Part shown: piece by piece, positions 1-12,372 of the stretch | How the letters are laid out: every line of letters begins with the position of its first letter | Position numbering within the stretch: the first letter of the stretch is position 1 | DNA from: Octopus vulgaris | Taxonomy: Eukaryota | DNA: 64,000 nt | Direction: 5' to 3' | Assembly (NCBI GenBank): GCA_951406725.2 | Contig: OX597817.1 | Coordinates: 5,456,001 to 5,520,000 of the forward strand | Made by a program: the position numbers and the translations under genes | The notes under the pieces: model-generated | What the model was told of the DNA's origin: nothing | Databases searched by the model: none | What the model saw: the letters and a program-made list of their open reading frames with translations, nothing else

Positions 1-300
1 ACCTCCCCTGTTCGAAGGTTTATAATGGACGCAGGTTGTTTGTCAAATAGCTAGCTCTTGGAGCTAATCAGCGACAGCTTTAGTCTTATATTTATAAGAC
101 TGCCATATAAGTATGGCGATAACTATTTCTATCCCTAAATGTTGAGTAATGGATAGAAATTATTTTAGATAACTCTAACGATATGCTTCCAATGTAAAAT
201 CGTACTTTATTACGAGTACTGATTATACACTGGTATATAGAATTTTTAATCTTAGAGTTACTTGACATAAACTTAATTCTATTGACTTCAGATACAATAA
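1..300 (-). mobile_element. Degenerate Penelope-like element, GIY-YIG endonuclease fragment
   Basis: Minus-strand manual translation gives KNSIYQCIISTRNKVRFYIGSISLELSKIISIHYSTFRDRN, matching the IY..YIG..H..F pattern of PLE endonucleases. Confidence 0.7.
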
Positions 301-452
301 CCTTGTTATTAATATTTCTAGAGGGTTGGATGGTATTAGCTAAATTAATGTTAGTATTAGTAAATGTATTAATATTTAACAGTTTGTCATTATGTGAAGA
401 GATAATTTATAAGAGATTTTTTTGTGTTTGAAAAATCGATCCTAACCGTATT

Positions 453-581
453 AGCTAGAACGTTTAACTGAGTGCACATGCACATCGGAGTCCAAGGTCA
501 ATCTGTACTAAGCGGCTTCCCCCTGCGTGCTATAGCTTTGTGGCTATGGCAGAAGTCCAAATAGTCATTGATCAGACCATA
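453..581 (-). mobile_element. Isolated terminal arm of a mariner-derived non-autonomous element
   Basis: Reverse complement of 1653-1780; ends ...attgatcagacca next to (TA)n. Confidence 0.75.
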
Positions 582-596
582 TATATATATATATAC

Positions 597-670
<74 letters not shown>

Positions 671-714
671 CATATGCATATACATATACATATATGTATA
701 TCTATATGTATATG

Positions 715-784
<70 letters not shown>

Positions 785-924
785 TGTATATATACATAGA
801 CACATATACATATATATGTATATATATATATATATATATACATATATATACATATGTATACATACATACATATATATACATATGTATATATATATATATA
901 TACATATATATACATATATATATA
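579..924. repeat. (TA)n/(TACA)n compound microsatellite
   Basis: Seen directly. Confidence 0.97.
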
Positions 925-1048
925 CTACGGAGATGTACTTGCATAGCAAGTGATTTGATCTGAGATCGTGTGCTGGAACGAAAACAATTGCAGCGTGGAA
1001 GGTGTTTGTAAGCCATTTAAGAAACACACAAAAGCTGTTCGATTCACT

Positions 1049-1091
1049 TCAGTGAACAGGTTGCGGACTTAAAGCGACGAAAATATTTTGA
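1049..1091 (+). ncRNA. Minimal type I hammerhead-like motif with G3-C8 swapped core
   Basis: TCA-GTGAACA-G-GTTGC(ggacttaaa)GCGAC-GAAA-ATAT-T-T-TGA. This gives stem I TCA/TGA, a 5-bp stem II, and a 1-bp stem III with a palindromic AUAU loop. Confidence 0.55.
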
Positions 1092-1188
1092 CAAATTAAA
1101 CTTAAATGTGGAAGTGAATCGAACGGCTTTTGTGTATTTCTTAAATGGCTTACAAACACCTTCCACGCTACATATATATACATATCTT

Positions 1189-1238
<50 letters not shown>

Positions 1239-1370
1239 ATAGATAGATATATATAAAGATATATATATATATAAAGATATGTATATATATGTAGCGTGGA
1301 AGGTGTTTGTAAGCCATTTAAGAAACACACAAAAGCCGTTCGATTCACTTCAACATTTAAGTTTAATTTG

Positions 1371-1413
1371 TCAAAATATTTTCGTCGCTTTAAGACCGCA
1401 ACCTGTTCACTGA
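1371..1413 (-). ncRNA. Second copy of the G3-C8 hammerhead-like motif
   Basis: Reverse complement of 1049-1091 with one change in the stem II loop. Confidence 0.55.
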
Positions 1414-1440
1414 AGTGAATCGAACAGCTTTTGTGTGTTT

Positions 1441-1554
<114 letters not shown>

Positions 1555-1565
1555 TATATACGTAC

Positions 1566-1649
<84 letters not shown>

Positions 1650-1652
1650 ATA

Positions 1653-2445
1653 CACATGGTCTGATCAATGACTATTTCGACTGCTGCCATAGCCACAAAG
1701 CTCTAGCACGCAGAGTGAAGCCGCTTAGTGCAGATTTTGTGGACTCCGATGTGCATGTGCAATCAGTTTAACGTTCTAGCTCACTTACGTTGTTTACAGC
1801 AGTGCTTGGAAGGAAGGTGTGTAGCGTGTGATCGTCGCATTGACCATGACAGACAAAGATGAGATGAGATTGTGTTGTTCTCGACACAATCTAGATCTTG
1901 TGCAACTGAAACCAGAGTGTCTTTTTGGTCAGCTGAAAGCAGTTTTGGCAGACACGCATGTCATACCCAAATTTTCAGTACTAATGGACTGAACTGCACC
2001 TGCAAATCCGCTGAAAACTCATGGATGCTGATTCGACGAGTTTCCCTTCACAGCTGCACGCGTATCTACAATGTTTTTCTCAGTTCCCCTGGTGGCGGGT
2101 CTCCCAGAACGTTCGTAAATATTGACATTTTTTCGGCCATCTTGGATACGTCTGAACCACTCGTACACTTGTTTGTAGATCATACATTCCTCTCCATACA
2201 ATTTCTGCAACTTTGTACTGGCCTCTGAGCAAGTATCGTCATGACAGCTCATGGTCAATGCGATCAGACGCTACATACGTTCCTTCCGAGCACTGCTGTA
2301 ATCAGCAAATGTGAGCTAGAATGTTAAAACTTAGTGTGCATGCAAATCAAAGTCCAATGTGAAGACGTACCAACCAGCTTCACTCTGCATGCCTTAACTT
2401 CGTTACTATGGCAACAGCCCGCATACTCACTGATAAGACCACGTG
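1653..2445. mobile_element. Non-autonomous mariner derivative with about 195-bp inverted arms
   Basis: Termini cacatggtctgatcaa / tgataagaccacgtg in a TA context. The internal minus-strand ORF 2019-2258 (KLQKLYGEECM..QVYEWFRRIQDGR..ERSGRP) is a mariner N-terminal HTH. Confidence 0.85.
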
Positions 2446-2449
2446 TGTA

Positions 2450-2480
<31 letters not shown>

Positions 2481-4029
2481 ATGTATATATGTATATGTAT
2501 ATATGTATATGTATATATGTGTGTGTGTGCGGATCCATGTGTGTGCGGATCCATCATTAATGGATACATTGCAACTGACCACATGTATGTTGTCTCCACG
2601 TAGTGTTTTTTTTTATATCGCTTTATCAATTGGTCTCTGTTCCACAGATCTTTCTAGCTTTGCAATTACATCGTTTAACCTACCCTATTCGTCACTTCAC
2701 TTATGACATTTACTACGTTTAATTTCTCTTTCGCACACTGACGTTACAGTCATCAGCAATAGTATTACTACCGATTCTAGTACCACCATGATCGGCAAAA
2801 CTTGTGCCTACAAAACTGAAGCTTGCGTTGACGAAGAAGAAACTTGGTTTCATCAGTAGGTGATACCTCCTCTATACAAACCAGTATTGTTAGGGCAATT
2901 TTTTTCATATGTGCTACCACGAGCAGCCGTTATATCGATTCCAACAGAAAAAAATCTAATAGCAGGTGCAGAAAGCTTACAGCTGACAAATTAGTGAAGA
3001 ATTTCGCAGGGGTTCATAACGATGATTCTCATAAGTTGGTTGTGTCTGTGTCTTTGGCGCGAGTCATTATAACAAAATCGATAAAATACGAGATATTAAA
3101 CGGTGGATAATTAGCAAAAACACGAGTTTCTCGTCTCTTCGTTATTTCGGTTTCGACTAGGTGCAGCCCTTCTCCAGAACGTCCTTTCTTCTACATTCAT
3201 TCCTTGTACAGTTTTTCTGCTGTCACCGATAAGCAACAAATTAAATGAAATATTTGACATCAATCTCATTAGCTTTAAAAAGCCACGTGAAAGCTATTCA
3301 TGAAGCTCCTCTACTCCAGACCTTGCAAACAAAACAGATATATGGGGGTTATATTGTCGTCCTTAAAGAAGAAAAGAGATTTAAGTTGATAAATGAGATG
3401 ATTATCAGTAGTCGCCTCTATTACTATACAATGTTGGTTACGAAAACAATTAAATGGAATTTCACATTGTCAGAAAATTTACTCTTTGATTATGGAACGT
3501 ATTGCAGCAAGATTCCGAAACACATTGTAGCAACATTCCAAAGACTAGAATAGATTCCTGTACATACAGAGAAACGGAAGAATTTGATGGGGACGAAGGC
3601 TCTTACTAGAGTGTAGTGGACGTAAATATTAAAGCATAATATCAAAGCATGCTGGTAAACGTGGTTATCAATTCGAAAGTATAACAAAGATTATATGTGT
3701 GCGTTTGTACGTGTATGTGTGTGTGTGTGTGAGTGTGCGTGCGAATGTATGTAGGTATCTGCATGTATGCCTTTATGTATATGTTCATATGTATGTGTTT
3801 ATGTATGTATATGGAACGAAATGAAGAAAGGGAGAGATGCACAGAGAAAAACTGCTAACATGAAGAAACCTTACAGAAAGAAATGTCTTTGAAAGAAATA
3901 CATTCAGACTGAAATTTATTGAAAACAGTGGAAGGAAGACTCCAAAATTTAGCCCACGTTACATTTCTACACAAGTTTTTCAGAAGGAATATATATAAAT
4001 ATGTATGTATGTATGTAAGTAACAGTGAG

Positions 4030-4548
4030 ATAAAAAGGACGAGGGAGGAGGAGAAATAGGAGGAGGAGAGGAGGGAATGAGGAGCAAGGGGAAGAGAAGG
4101 AAGAGGAGGAGAGAAAAAGAGGAGGGGAGGACGAGCAGAAGAGGAAGAGAAGAGGAAGAGGAGAGAAAGAGGAGGAGGGAGAGGATAGGAAGAAGAGAGG
4201 GGAGGATGAGGATGTGGAGGAGGAGGAAAACGCGGGGATAGGAGGGGAAGAGGAACAAGGGGATGAGGAGGAAGAGAAGGGGGAATGAGGAGAGGAGGAG
4301 GGTGATTATGAAGAGAAAATGGAGGAGGAGGAGGAGGAGGAGGGGAGAAAGAAAACGAAGAAGTGGAGGAGAAAGATGTGGAAGTGGAAGTGGAAGAGAA
4401 GGAAGGGGGGGGGAATGAAGAGGAAGGGGAGGAAGACGAATGGAAGAGTAGGAGGAGGAAAAAGAAGAAGAAAAAGAAGAAAAAGTTAATGAGATAGAGG
4501 GACGACTGGATGGATGGATGGATGGCTACAGGCACAGATCGACCGATC

Positions 4549-4643
<95 letters not shown>
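4030..4643. repeat. Purine-rich (GGA/GAA) low-complexity tract followed by (GATA)n
   Basis: Seen directly. Confidence 0.95.
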
Positions 4644-4645
<2 letters not shown>

Positions 4646-5469
4646 AGAAATGCTTAAAGCAAAATGTAATCTTTTTGGTACATTTATGATTAGAGAAATA
4701 GTTAACTAAATGGGGGGAATCAAAATTCAAACAAAATGTTTCTGGTAACTTCATAATTAGTAACAACTAGATTCTGAAAAAGAGCATTAGACAAAAATAG
4801 GTACCATGTGAAATAAACAATGGTATCTATTCATTGCACTGTTAACTGCGGTATAGAAGATCCTGACAAATATAAAATAAAATGCGTCATATTTCGTTTT
4901 TGTTAGGATTGTATACAATTGAGTATGCAAAAGAAAAAAAAGTAGATGGCCAGATAAGATCACATGGAAAAAAATAGTGAATAATAGCAACAACAACAAC
5001 GAAGACGACACCGACAACAACAACTGGCTCATGATCCAACAAGTAAAAAAACTAAAGCACATGCAAAGAGAGCTATTTCGAAAATCTAACAGAAGCTATA
5101 AATGAAATACTAAAACTAGGCATAACAAAATCAATATCTGTGGATCAATGAAAACACCTCTCCAAGTTAAGAATAAATGAACAATTATAGAAAATAATAG
5201 CCAATAATACAATGAGGCCCTTCAAGAAATACTTTCGGCAAAAAGAAAATCGCATTACAAAAATACCTAAATTTATGTAGTTGCTAGGGAAACTGGTTTG
5301 AAGTAAATATTTCCTCAGCAAATCTCACCTAAATACAGCAGGGAAAGATGAAATACAATACAAGACCAAGTAAAAAGGAAAAGAATCGTTACTTGGTGAA
5401 ACAGGAAGAAAGATATCTAATATATATGTATGCATATAAATGCGTGCATGTATGTGTATGTATATATAC

Positions 5470-5567
<98 letters not shown>

Positions 5568-5904
5568 ATAATAACAAATAGAATTCTGAGGAGATAGATC
5601 TTTCATGTGAAAGAAATATTTAAGCCACTAATCCTAGCATTGACATTCCAGATGAGAACTGAAAAAAATGTTTTAAAATTGTGAGAGCTTCTCCCAAAGA
5701 ATCTCGTACTTGATATAGATAGTCAATTACTTTCGAAGGACATTATTAAAAAGGATATATCAGAATAAAAGTTCAATCATATTGGCAGGGCTTATGAAGA
5801 TAAATCATAACAATACAATATATAATGCATAAAGAAAAGCAGAGTGAAACAAATCACAATACCTCCACAGGATTACTCTGGTAGAGCAAAAAAGAGGATT
5901 TCCG

Positions 5905-6250
5905 CATAGGCAAAGGCATGTGCTTTTGGGTTCTGTCCCAATGCACGGAACCTTGGGCAAGTATTTTTTACTAAAGCTTCGAATTGATAAATAGATTGTC
6001 AATAAATTTGGCAGGCGGAAACTGCATGGAATCCCAACGTATAATTGTGAATGTCTTTGTGTTGCGCTTGACAACTGGTGTTCATTTATCTACTTCCCCT
6101 TAACTTTGCGGTTCGACAAAAGAATTCGATAAAATAAGTGCCAGACATTGAAAATCAGCACTGAGAGCGATTTGTTTAAGTAAATTCTTCAATGCGGTGC
6201 TCCAGGATGGCCGCTGTCCAGTGAGTGTAATGAGTGAAAGGTAAAAAAAT
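5905..6250 (+). mobile_element. Degenerate tRNA-derived SINE, family A
   Basis: ccttgggcaagt core and gcggtgctccaggatggccgc tail match the younger copies. Confidence 0.7.
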
Positions 6251-6337
6251 AAAGATGCAATTCGATACACTAAAATTGGGATTACTGGTTAAAGGTAAAC
6301 ACAAAGTAATATGTTTTCGGCTTTTTAACCCCTATTT

Positions 6338-6390
<53 letters not shown>

Positions 6391-8576
6391 TTGTTTTGTT
6401 TTTGTTTTGTTTTTATTTCATTTTCATAGTGAAAGTAAGAGAAAATGTATTTGTTCCTATTTTTTACATTCTGAGTACAAATTGCGCTTTTCATTTCTCC
6501 AGGATAGATAAAATGAGTACCTATCAAGTAATGGAGTCGATTATTATCGACTAACTTCTTCCTCTTAAAATCATTACCTCGAGTCTGAATTAGAAACAAT
6601 TAATTACTAAGGAGCTCATCTAACTGCTTACTAGATGGGAAAGCAATATTAATTTTAAATGTTTTTTTCACTGAACCAGTTCATTCAAACTGGTGAGGCT
6701 TTATTTGGTATGAATGAAGCCAACATCTGTTATGCATTAGAATTATTCAAATATACACGCAGGAGCCCTCACAAACCAACAGCCAAAGACCGCTAATAGC
6801 AAGAAACAAGAATAAACATCTTTGCTTTTGATTGATTCCACATCCAGATAGAGATCTAACAATGTGATGGCGTTAATATATTGAGCTGTAATTATTCGCG
6901 TGACATGGTATATTTCTTTTCCTAATACTTAATAGAATGGAATTTTCCTTGGAGTGTATTTTTCTCACGAGAAGAAATTAAAGATTTTTCTTCAGGATAG
7001 AAGTAATCATTTATTATTTAATGCAAAATCATACTATTGACGTTCGAAACCAATTAGAGTTAAGTATTTTTCTTCTGCCTTCATCTATAACAATCCTTCA
7101 AAGTAGCGCGCTAATCTTCACATCTAAAGTTAAGTACTCTATTCCGTAATGTTGTTGATATTGCTTTTCTATTATCAACAGCGGTACGCGTCAATATCTT
7201 TATATGTAATCGGTACAGTTTATGGTGAAACCAGTGGATTTAGTTCGATGCAAAATTATGTAGAAACATAAGTGGATAGAAGAAAAAGAAGTGAAAGAAA
7301 TGTGTGATCAGATATACTGTAGTTCTCTCAAGTTGGTGATGCTTTTATAATGTGGTAAGTTCTATTGGTAAGAGCCTGGTTTGTGGTATAGTTGTCCTCA
7401 CATCGATCTTTCTATTTCCTGTTTTGAGGCGGTGGTCATAGAATGTTTGTACCCACATGGTTGCCGAACCCCTCTTCTGTATGTTGGCTATGGTCATAGT
7501 TTAGCTACAGCTGCTATTGCTCCTGCTCTTGCTACTACTATTTACTACTGCTGTTGTTGTGGTATCGGAGTCGTTGACACCCTTTCTTTTACGGTAAAAA
7601 TCCTTCTGATGGTTGATTCTGCCACTTGTGTAACTCGGAACATCCAGCCCTCCAACAACTTTTTCATTCTCTCCTCCCCTTCTCATCTATATTTCACTGT
7701 CTTCTATTCTTTATCACATAACTTTACAATTTCCGTTTGCAATTAGTTATTTTAAAAAAAGCCTCAGTTTCTATAGGAAACTGGAGCACAAGAACTCCTC
7801 TCACTTGGCCTTCCTTTTCGCAACCAAGTTGGAAAAGTGTGCGATCACAAACTGCAAATTAATAATGGCAATTACAATGTAGAAGAGCCATTTAGCTATC
7901 TAATAACATACAAAACTGTTGAATTCACTATAAATGACATAAGGTGTCAAAATTTTCCTTACACAATAGCATCGCCTGCACAGTTTTATTGAAAACCAGC
8001 TCTGTACCTCTAAGAAAAGGTATCTTTCAGACATTCATTTCACTGCTTGTTTGCCTAACCCTGGAACCATAAGCAGATTTATTAAAAGAAATTACTAATA
8101 GTTGCAGAAGTTACAGACAATCTATAAATCATTTCTTCTACATGGAAATGACATCAAAATATCAATATCCAGTTGGAAATCCTACTAAAAAATCCTACTA
8201 AACATTGTTCATAGATCTAACCAAACATAAAAGTAAATATTAAATTAGACAAATAGGCCAAAGCTGAAAAAATGTAAAAGAAATACGTAAGTTACAGCTG
8301 AGAATATATTACGATGTGTTTCTATTCAATGTCATAGAACACAATTAAAGAAGCTGCCTTGTCATTAAAGAAATAAAAAAAAAGGCACAGGAGTGGCTGT
8401 GTGGTAAGTAGCTTGCTAACCAGCCACATGCTTCCGGGTTCAGTCCTACTGCGTGGCATCTTGGGCAAGTGTCTTCTGCTATAGCCCCGGGCCAACCAAT
8501 GCCTTGTGAGTGGATTTGGTAGACGGAAACTGAAAGAAGCCTGTCGTATATATGTATATATATATATATATATATA

Positions 8577-8740
8577 CTAGCAGTATCGTAGACGCGCGCT
8601 AATACTCAGACGGGCTCGATATGAATCACGACTATAAGATACCCGAATTTGGTTAAACTGCAACGCAAAATGTGGGAGGAGTTAGGAATCTAAATCGAAG
8701 GGGACAGACACTCACACAACTACAGTTTTATATATATATA
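8577..8740 (-). mobile_element. Internally deleted non-autonomous Helitron, tandem partner of the next copy
   Basis: ctagcagtatcg is joined directly to tagacgcgcgctaatactc...; the rest is nearly identical to 9101-9250. The 3' hairpin is missing. Confidence 0.8.
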
Positions 8741-9253
8741 CTAGCAGTATCGCCCGGCGTTGCTCGGGTTTGTAAGGGAAATAACTATATAAGCATTTTT
8801 AGAGAGTTACTTCCCTTATAGATGCCAATTCGGGCTTTCTTAGCCATTTCTGTTTTGGTGTCTTCAAGCCATGAAGTTGTTGTTCTAAAAGAACGCTGGT
8901 CTCCTTGACAACGCATTACGACGTTGATTTCCTTACACTCCCTTCCCCACAGCTTCACGAGGGAGGGAAGAAGGGGGAGAAGCAAACAGGTGCAGGTGTG
9001 ACCATGGACGCCAACTCCGCCGCCATCGACACACGAAAAAATATGCATTAAAATGGAATAAAAAATTATGTTAAATTATTTTTAAAATCGTAGACTCATT
9101 GTAGACGCGCGCTAATACTCAGACGGGCTCGATATGAATCACGACTATAAGATACGCGAATTTGGTTAAACTGCAACGCAAAATGTGGGAGTAGTTAGGA
9201 ATCTAAATCGAAGGGGACAGACACTCACACAACTACAGTTTTATATATATAGA
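8741..9253 (-). mobile_element. Non-autonomous Helitron
   Basis: Minus strand starts A|TCTATATATATAAAA and ends with the hairpin cccgagcaacgccggg followed by CTAG|T. Confidence 0.88.
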
Positions 9254-9985
9254 TATATGTGTGTGTGTGTGTATTTGTTGGTGTGTCTGTCTTTGTCCCC
9301 GTAGCATTGCTTGACAACCGATGCCGGTGAGATTATGTCCCCGTTACTTAGCTGTTCAGCAAAAGAGACCGATAGAATAAGTACTGGGCTTACAAAAAAT
9401 AAGTCCCGGGGTCGATTTGCTCGACTTAAGGCGGTGCTCCAGCATGGCCGCAGATAAATGACTGAAACAAGTAAAAGAGTAAAGAGTAAAAGAGTAATCT
9501 CTCATTTTCTGTCTCTAAAGATAAAGGAAAATTGTTCACATCTGTCTATGTATATCTATCTAAAATTAAAATGATCAAGGTGTTACATGTAGGAATCAAC
9601 AGAATAGACGAGTTTCTTCATAAAGTATTTAGTTACATCATATTTACAGAGTAGATATTCTCCAAGAAGTATTCGAATTATGAGTAATGTTAACAGGATT
9701 TAACAAACTATACATCTAATTCTCAAAAAAGGTACTTATAATGAATTAGTAAGACCCTAATTGAACGTCTATGACAAATTCGCGCTATTCAAAAGTGATC
9801 ATTAATATTCTTCTGATAATTATTATTCATGTAATTCTTGTTAATTTTCTGTTTTCCTAATTAGTCCCTACATGCATATGCTGCATAAAAAGCTCATTGG
9901 TAGACAATATAGGAACATATGTATGCAGAATCACATGTGCGTCAATATCGTTATGTATGATTGTACTTATATGTTGTGTATATAA

Positions 9986-10217
9986 GGCGGCGAGCTGGCA
10001 GACACGTTAGCGCGCCGGGCGGAATGCTTAGCGGTATTTCGTCTGTCGTTACGTTCTGAGTTCAAATTCCGCCGAGGTCGACTTTGTTTTTCATCCTTTC
10101 GGGGTCGATAAATAAAAGTACCAGTTTCGCACTGGCGTCGATGTAATCGACTTAATCCCTTTGTCTGTCCTTGTTTGTCCTCTCTATGTTTAGCCCCTTG
10201 TGGGCAATAAAGAAATA
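9986..10217 (+). mobile_element. tRNA-derived SINE family B
   Basis: ggcggcgagctggcag head, GAGTTCAAATTCC B-box, catcctttcggggtcgata body. Flanked by the 16-bp direct repeat tatatgttgtgtatat (TSD). Confidence 0.9.
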
Positions 10218-10235
10218 TATATGTTGTGTATATTA

Positions 10236-10282
<47 letters not shown>

Positions 10283-10372
10283 AATGTATTTGTGTATATG
10301 TATGTATTGTGTATATATTTGTTGATGTATATAATGTTATATGTAAGTGCAAGTATATATGTATGTATACGT

Positions 10373-10406
<34 letters not shown>

Positions 10407-10507
10407 GAGTACAATTAATCAATTTAGGGTAGTAAAAAATTCGATAGAAATTTATCACTACCAGCGGCCCAGTGGAAAAGAAAAATAGTCATGAGACTAA
10501 AATGTAA

Positions 10508-10940
10508 ATATATAACAATTTAGGAATGGCCTTAACAGGCCATTCGTCCACTAGACAGAGCAGCCATAACTCCAACCGCAAAGTAACATAATTCGGAAAT
10601 AGGTGAAAAATTAAAAACGTTTACCCTAATTCATCTTTTAGACGATGCATCGTTTTTGCGTTTTTAATGATAGACCAGCTTAATTAAATTAAATTAAGCT
10701 AATCTACCACGTTTCTTTACTGACGAAGCGTGACCTATGGTAGATTAGCTTAATTTAATTTAATTAAGCTGGTCTATCATTAAAAACGCAGAAACGATGC
10801 ATCGTCTAAAAGATGAATTAGGGTAAACGTTTTTAATTTTTCACCTATTTCCGAATTATGTTACTTTGCGGTTGGAGTTATGGCTGCTCTGTCTAGTGGA
10901 CGAATGGCCTATTAAGGCCATTCCTAAATTTTTATATATA
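10508..10940. repeat. Near-perfect long inverted repeat (about 200-bp arms, 28-nt spacer)
   Basis: 10517-10709 is the reverse complement of 10738-10930 with very few mismatches. Confidence 0.95.
10714..10813 (+). ncRNA. Type I hammerhead ribozyme (Penelope pLTR/retrozyme type)
   Basis: CTGACGA at 10720-26; stem II GCGT/ACGC extended by a 19-bp hairpin; GAAA at 10791-94; palindromic stem III ACGATGCATCGT; GTC site at 10804-06; stem I TTTA/TAAA. Confidence 0.75.
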
Positions 10941-11059
10941 TGAGTACATATGTAAATATTTATGTGTATGTGTTATGCGTGTGTATACATGAATGTATAT
11001 ATATATGTATATATATATATATGTGTGCGTGTGTGTGACAGCGTGTGTATCGTTGGCGA

Positions 11060-11234
11060 TTTTCCTTCTCCGTATTCCCTTCCTTGGACCTTTCCTTTTT
11101 CCATGTTTCTGACGAAAAGCTCCACTCGAAACGTTAAATCCTCCTTCTTTCTTTCCTTTCCTGGGCGTCCAATAACACTATACTTGTTCCACGTCTTCAC
11201 ATTGTTGTGTTTTCTCTTTGCTCATGTTTGGAGT

Positions 11235-11238
<4 letters not shown>
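11060..11238 (+). mobile_element. Short HHR-bearing repeat, family H1 (PLE-derived)
   Basis: gttt-CTGACGA-aaagctccactc-GAAAC-GTT-aaat. Homologous to 18596-18745 and 49776-49943; flanked by microsatellites. Confidence 0.75.
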
Positions 11239-11276
<38 letters not shown>

Positions 11277-11902
11277 TATGTATGTGGGTGTATGTGTTCA
11301 CATGTGTATATACATATGTGGGTATTTGTGTATATGTGTGCATTTGCTGACTGAAGTGTCGGTAAAGATGACAAGCAAGTGACACCCTAGCTGCCTATAG
11401 CGAATAATCAAGCGTAGGAATATTCCACTGGTATCTTTAAAACGCTATAACAACCGCTATGTATCTCTCTCTCTCCATTATCATAGGCACAACAGAGACT
11501 TAGGTACTTATTCCTTATCTACAGGTATTAGAGAAAATTCTCTTTTCTTCTACGAGTATTTAAGAAAATTCTTTGATCTAGTTTAACACAGTAGTTATGG
11601 TCATTCATACTATAATGCTCTCTGAAATCTGTTATAAATCTTAAAAGTTATTTGCGAGTGTTAAGCAACGTTTTACGACTTGATAATGTAATCTGTTTAA
11701 TAGCCTTTCCTTATGTAACGATTTTATTATTGTTAATGAAATGTGCGTAGGATGACATAATCAAATAATTTAGTAACAAACTCTGTTCTATATGTGTGTG
11801 TGTCTGTGTGCCTGTGTGTGACTTTATGTATATATATATATATGTGTGTGTGTATGTGCGTGTGTGTTGACATACATGTATATGCGTGTGTGTGTGTCTG
11901 CG

Positions 11903-11934
<32 letters not shown>

Positions 11935-11997
11935 TGTATGTATGTATGTATGTATGTATGTATGTATGCATGTATGTATGTGTGTATGCATGTATGC

Positions 11998-12372
11998 ATG
12001 TGCAAGACATGCAGTGTCTGTGCAAGACCCTGCCTCAGTGAAGCTGGACTCAAGAGACATCTTCGTAGTCATAAAGCGAGACAGATGAGTGACAACCTGG
12101 CCACTGGTAGTGGTGTAACACACCATACTAATCATATCTGTCGGGCATGTGGAAGAGAGTGTAATTCGGCAGGAGGGCTTAAACGACATGCAAAGGTACA
12201 TGAAGTCCAGTTACAACTACAGCCGGCTTTTTACCGGTAAAGGTTTTAGTTGCCAATTCTGTACAAGTCATTGTAGATCTTTAGCTGGGCTAAAAAGTCA
12301 CATTCGATCACAGCACCAGTAACAGTTAAGCTTCGTGCAATGGCCATACTCGATGACGAGGGGGCAGCCATA
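11998..12372 (+). mobile_element. 3' end of an RTE-type LINE with three C2H2 fingers and 3' UTR
   Basis: CSVC..GLKRHLRSH, CRAC..GLKRHAKVH and, after a frameshift, CQFC..GLKSHIRSQH*. The UTR ggccatactcgatgacgagggggcagcca+(tgta)n is shared with 17474-17520. Confidence 0.7.

Larger units (their letters stand above)
8384..9496 (+). mobile_element. tRNA-derived SINE family A, interrupted by Helitrons
   Basis: Head with A-box TGGCTGTGTGG and B-box GGTTCAGTCC, internal microsatellite, tail ggcggtgctccagcatggccgcag...(aagagta)n. More than 8 copies in the window. Confidence 0.9.

Noticed and set aside
3855-4766. 303-aa Pro/Ser/Leu-rich ORF
   Set aside because: Antisense reading of a purine tract plus (GATA)n.
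4700-8370. A-rich stretches resembling very old LINE ORF2 (4.7-5.9 kb, 7.8-8.4 kb)
   Set aside because: Motifs are too decayed to support a call by eye.
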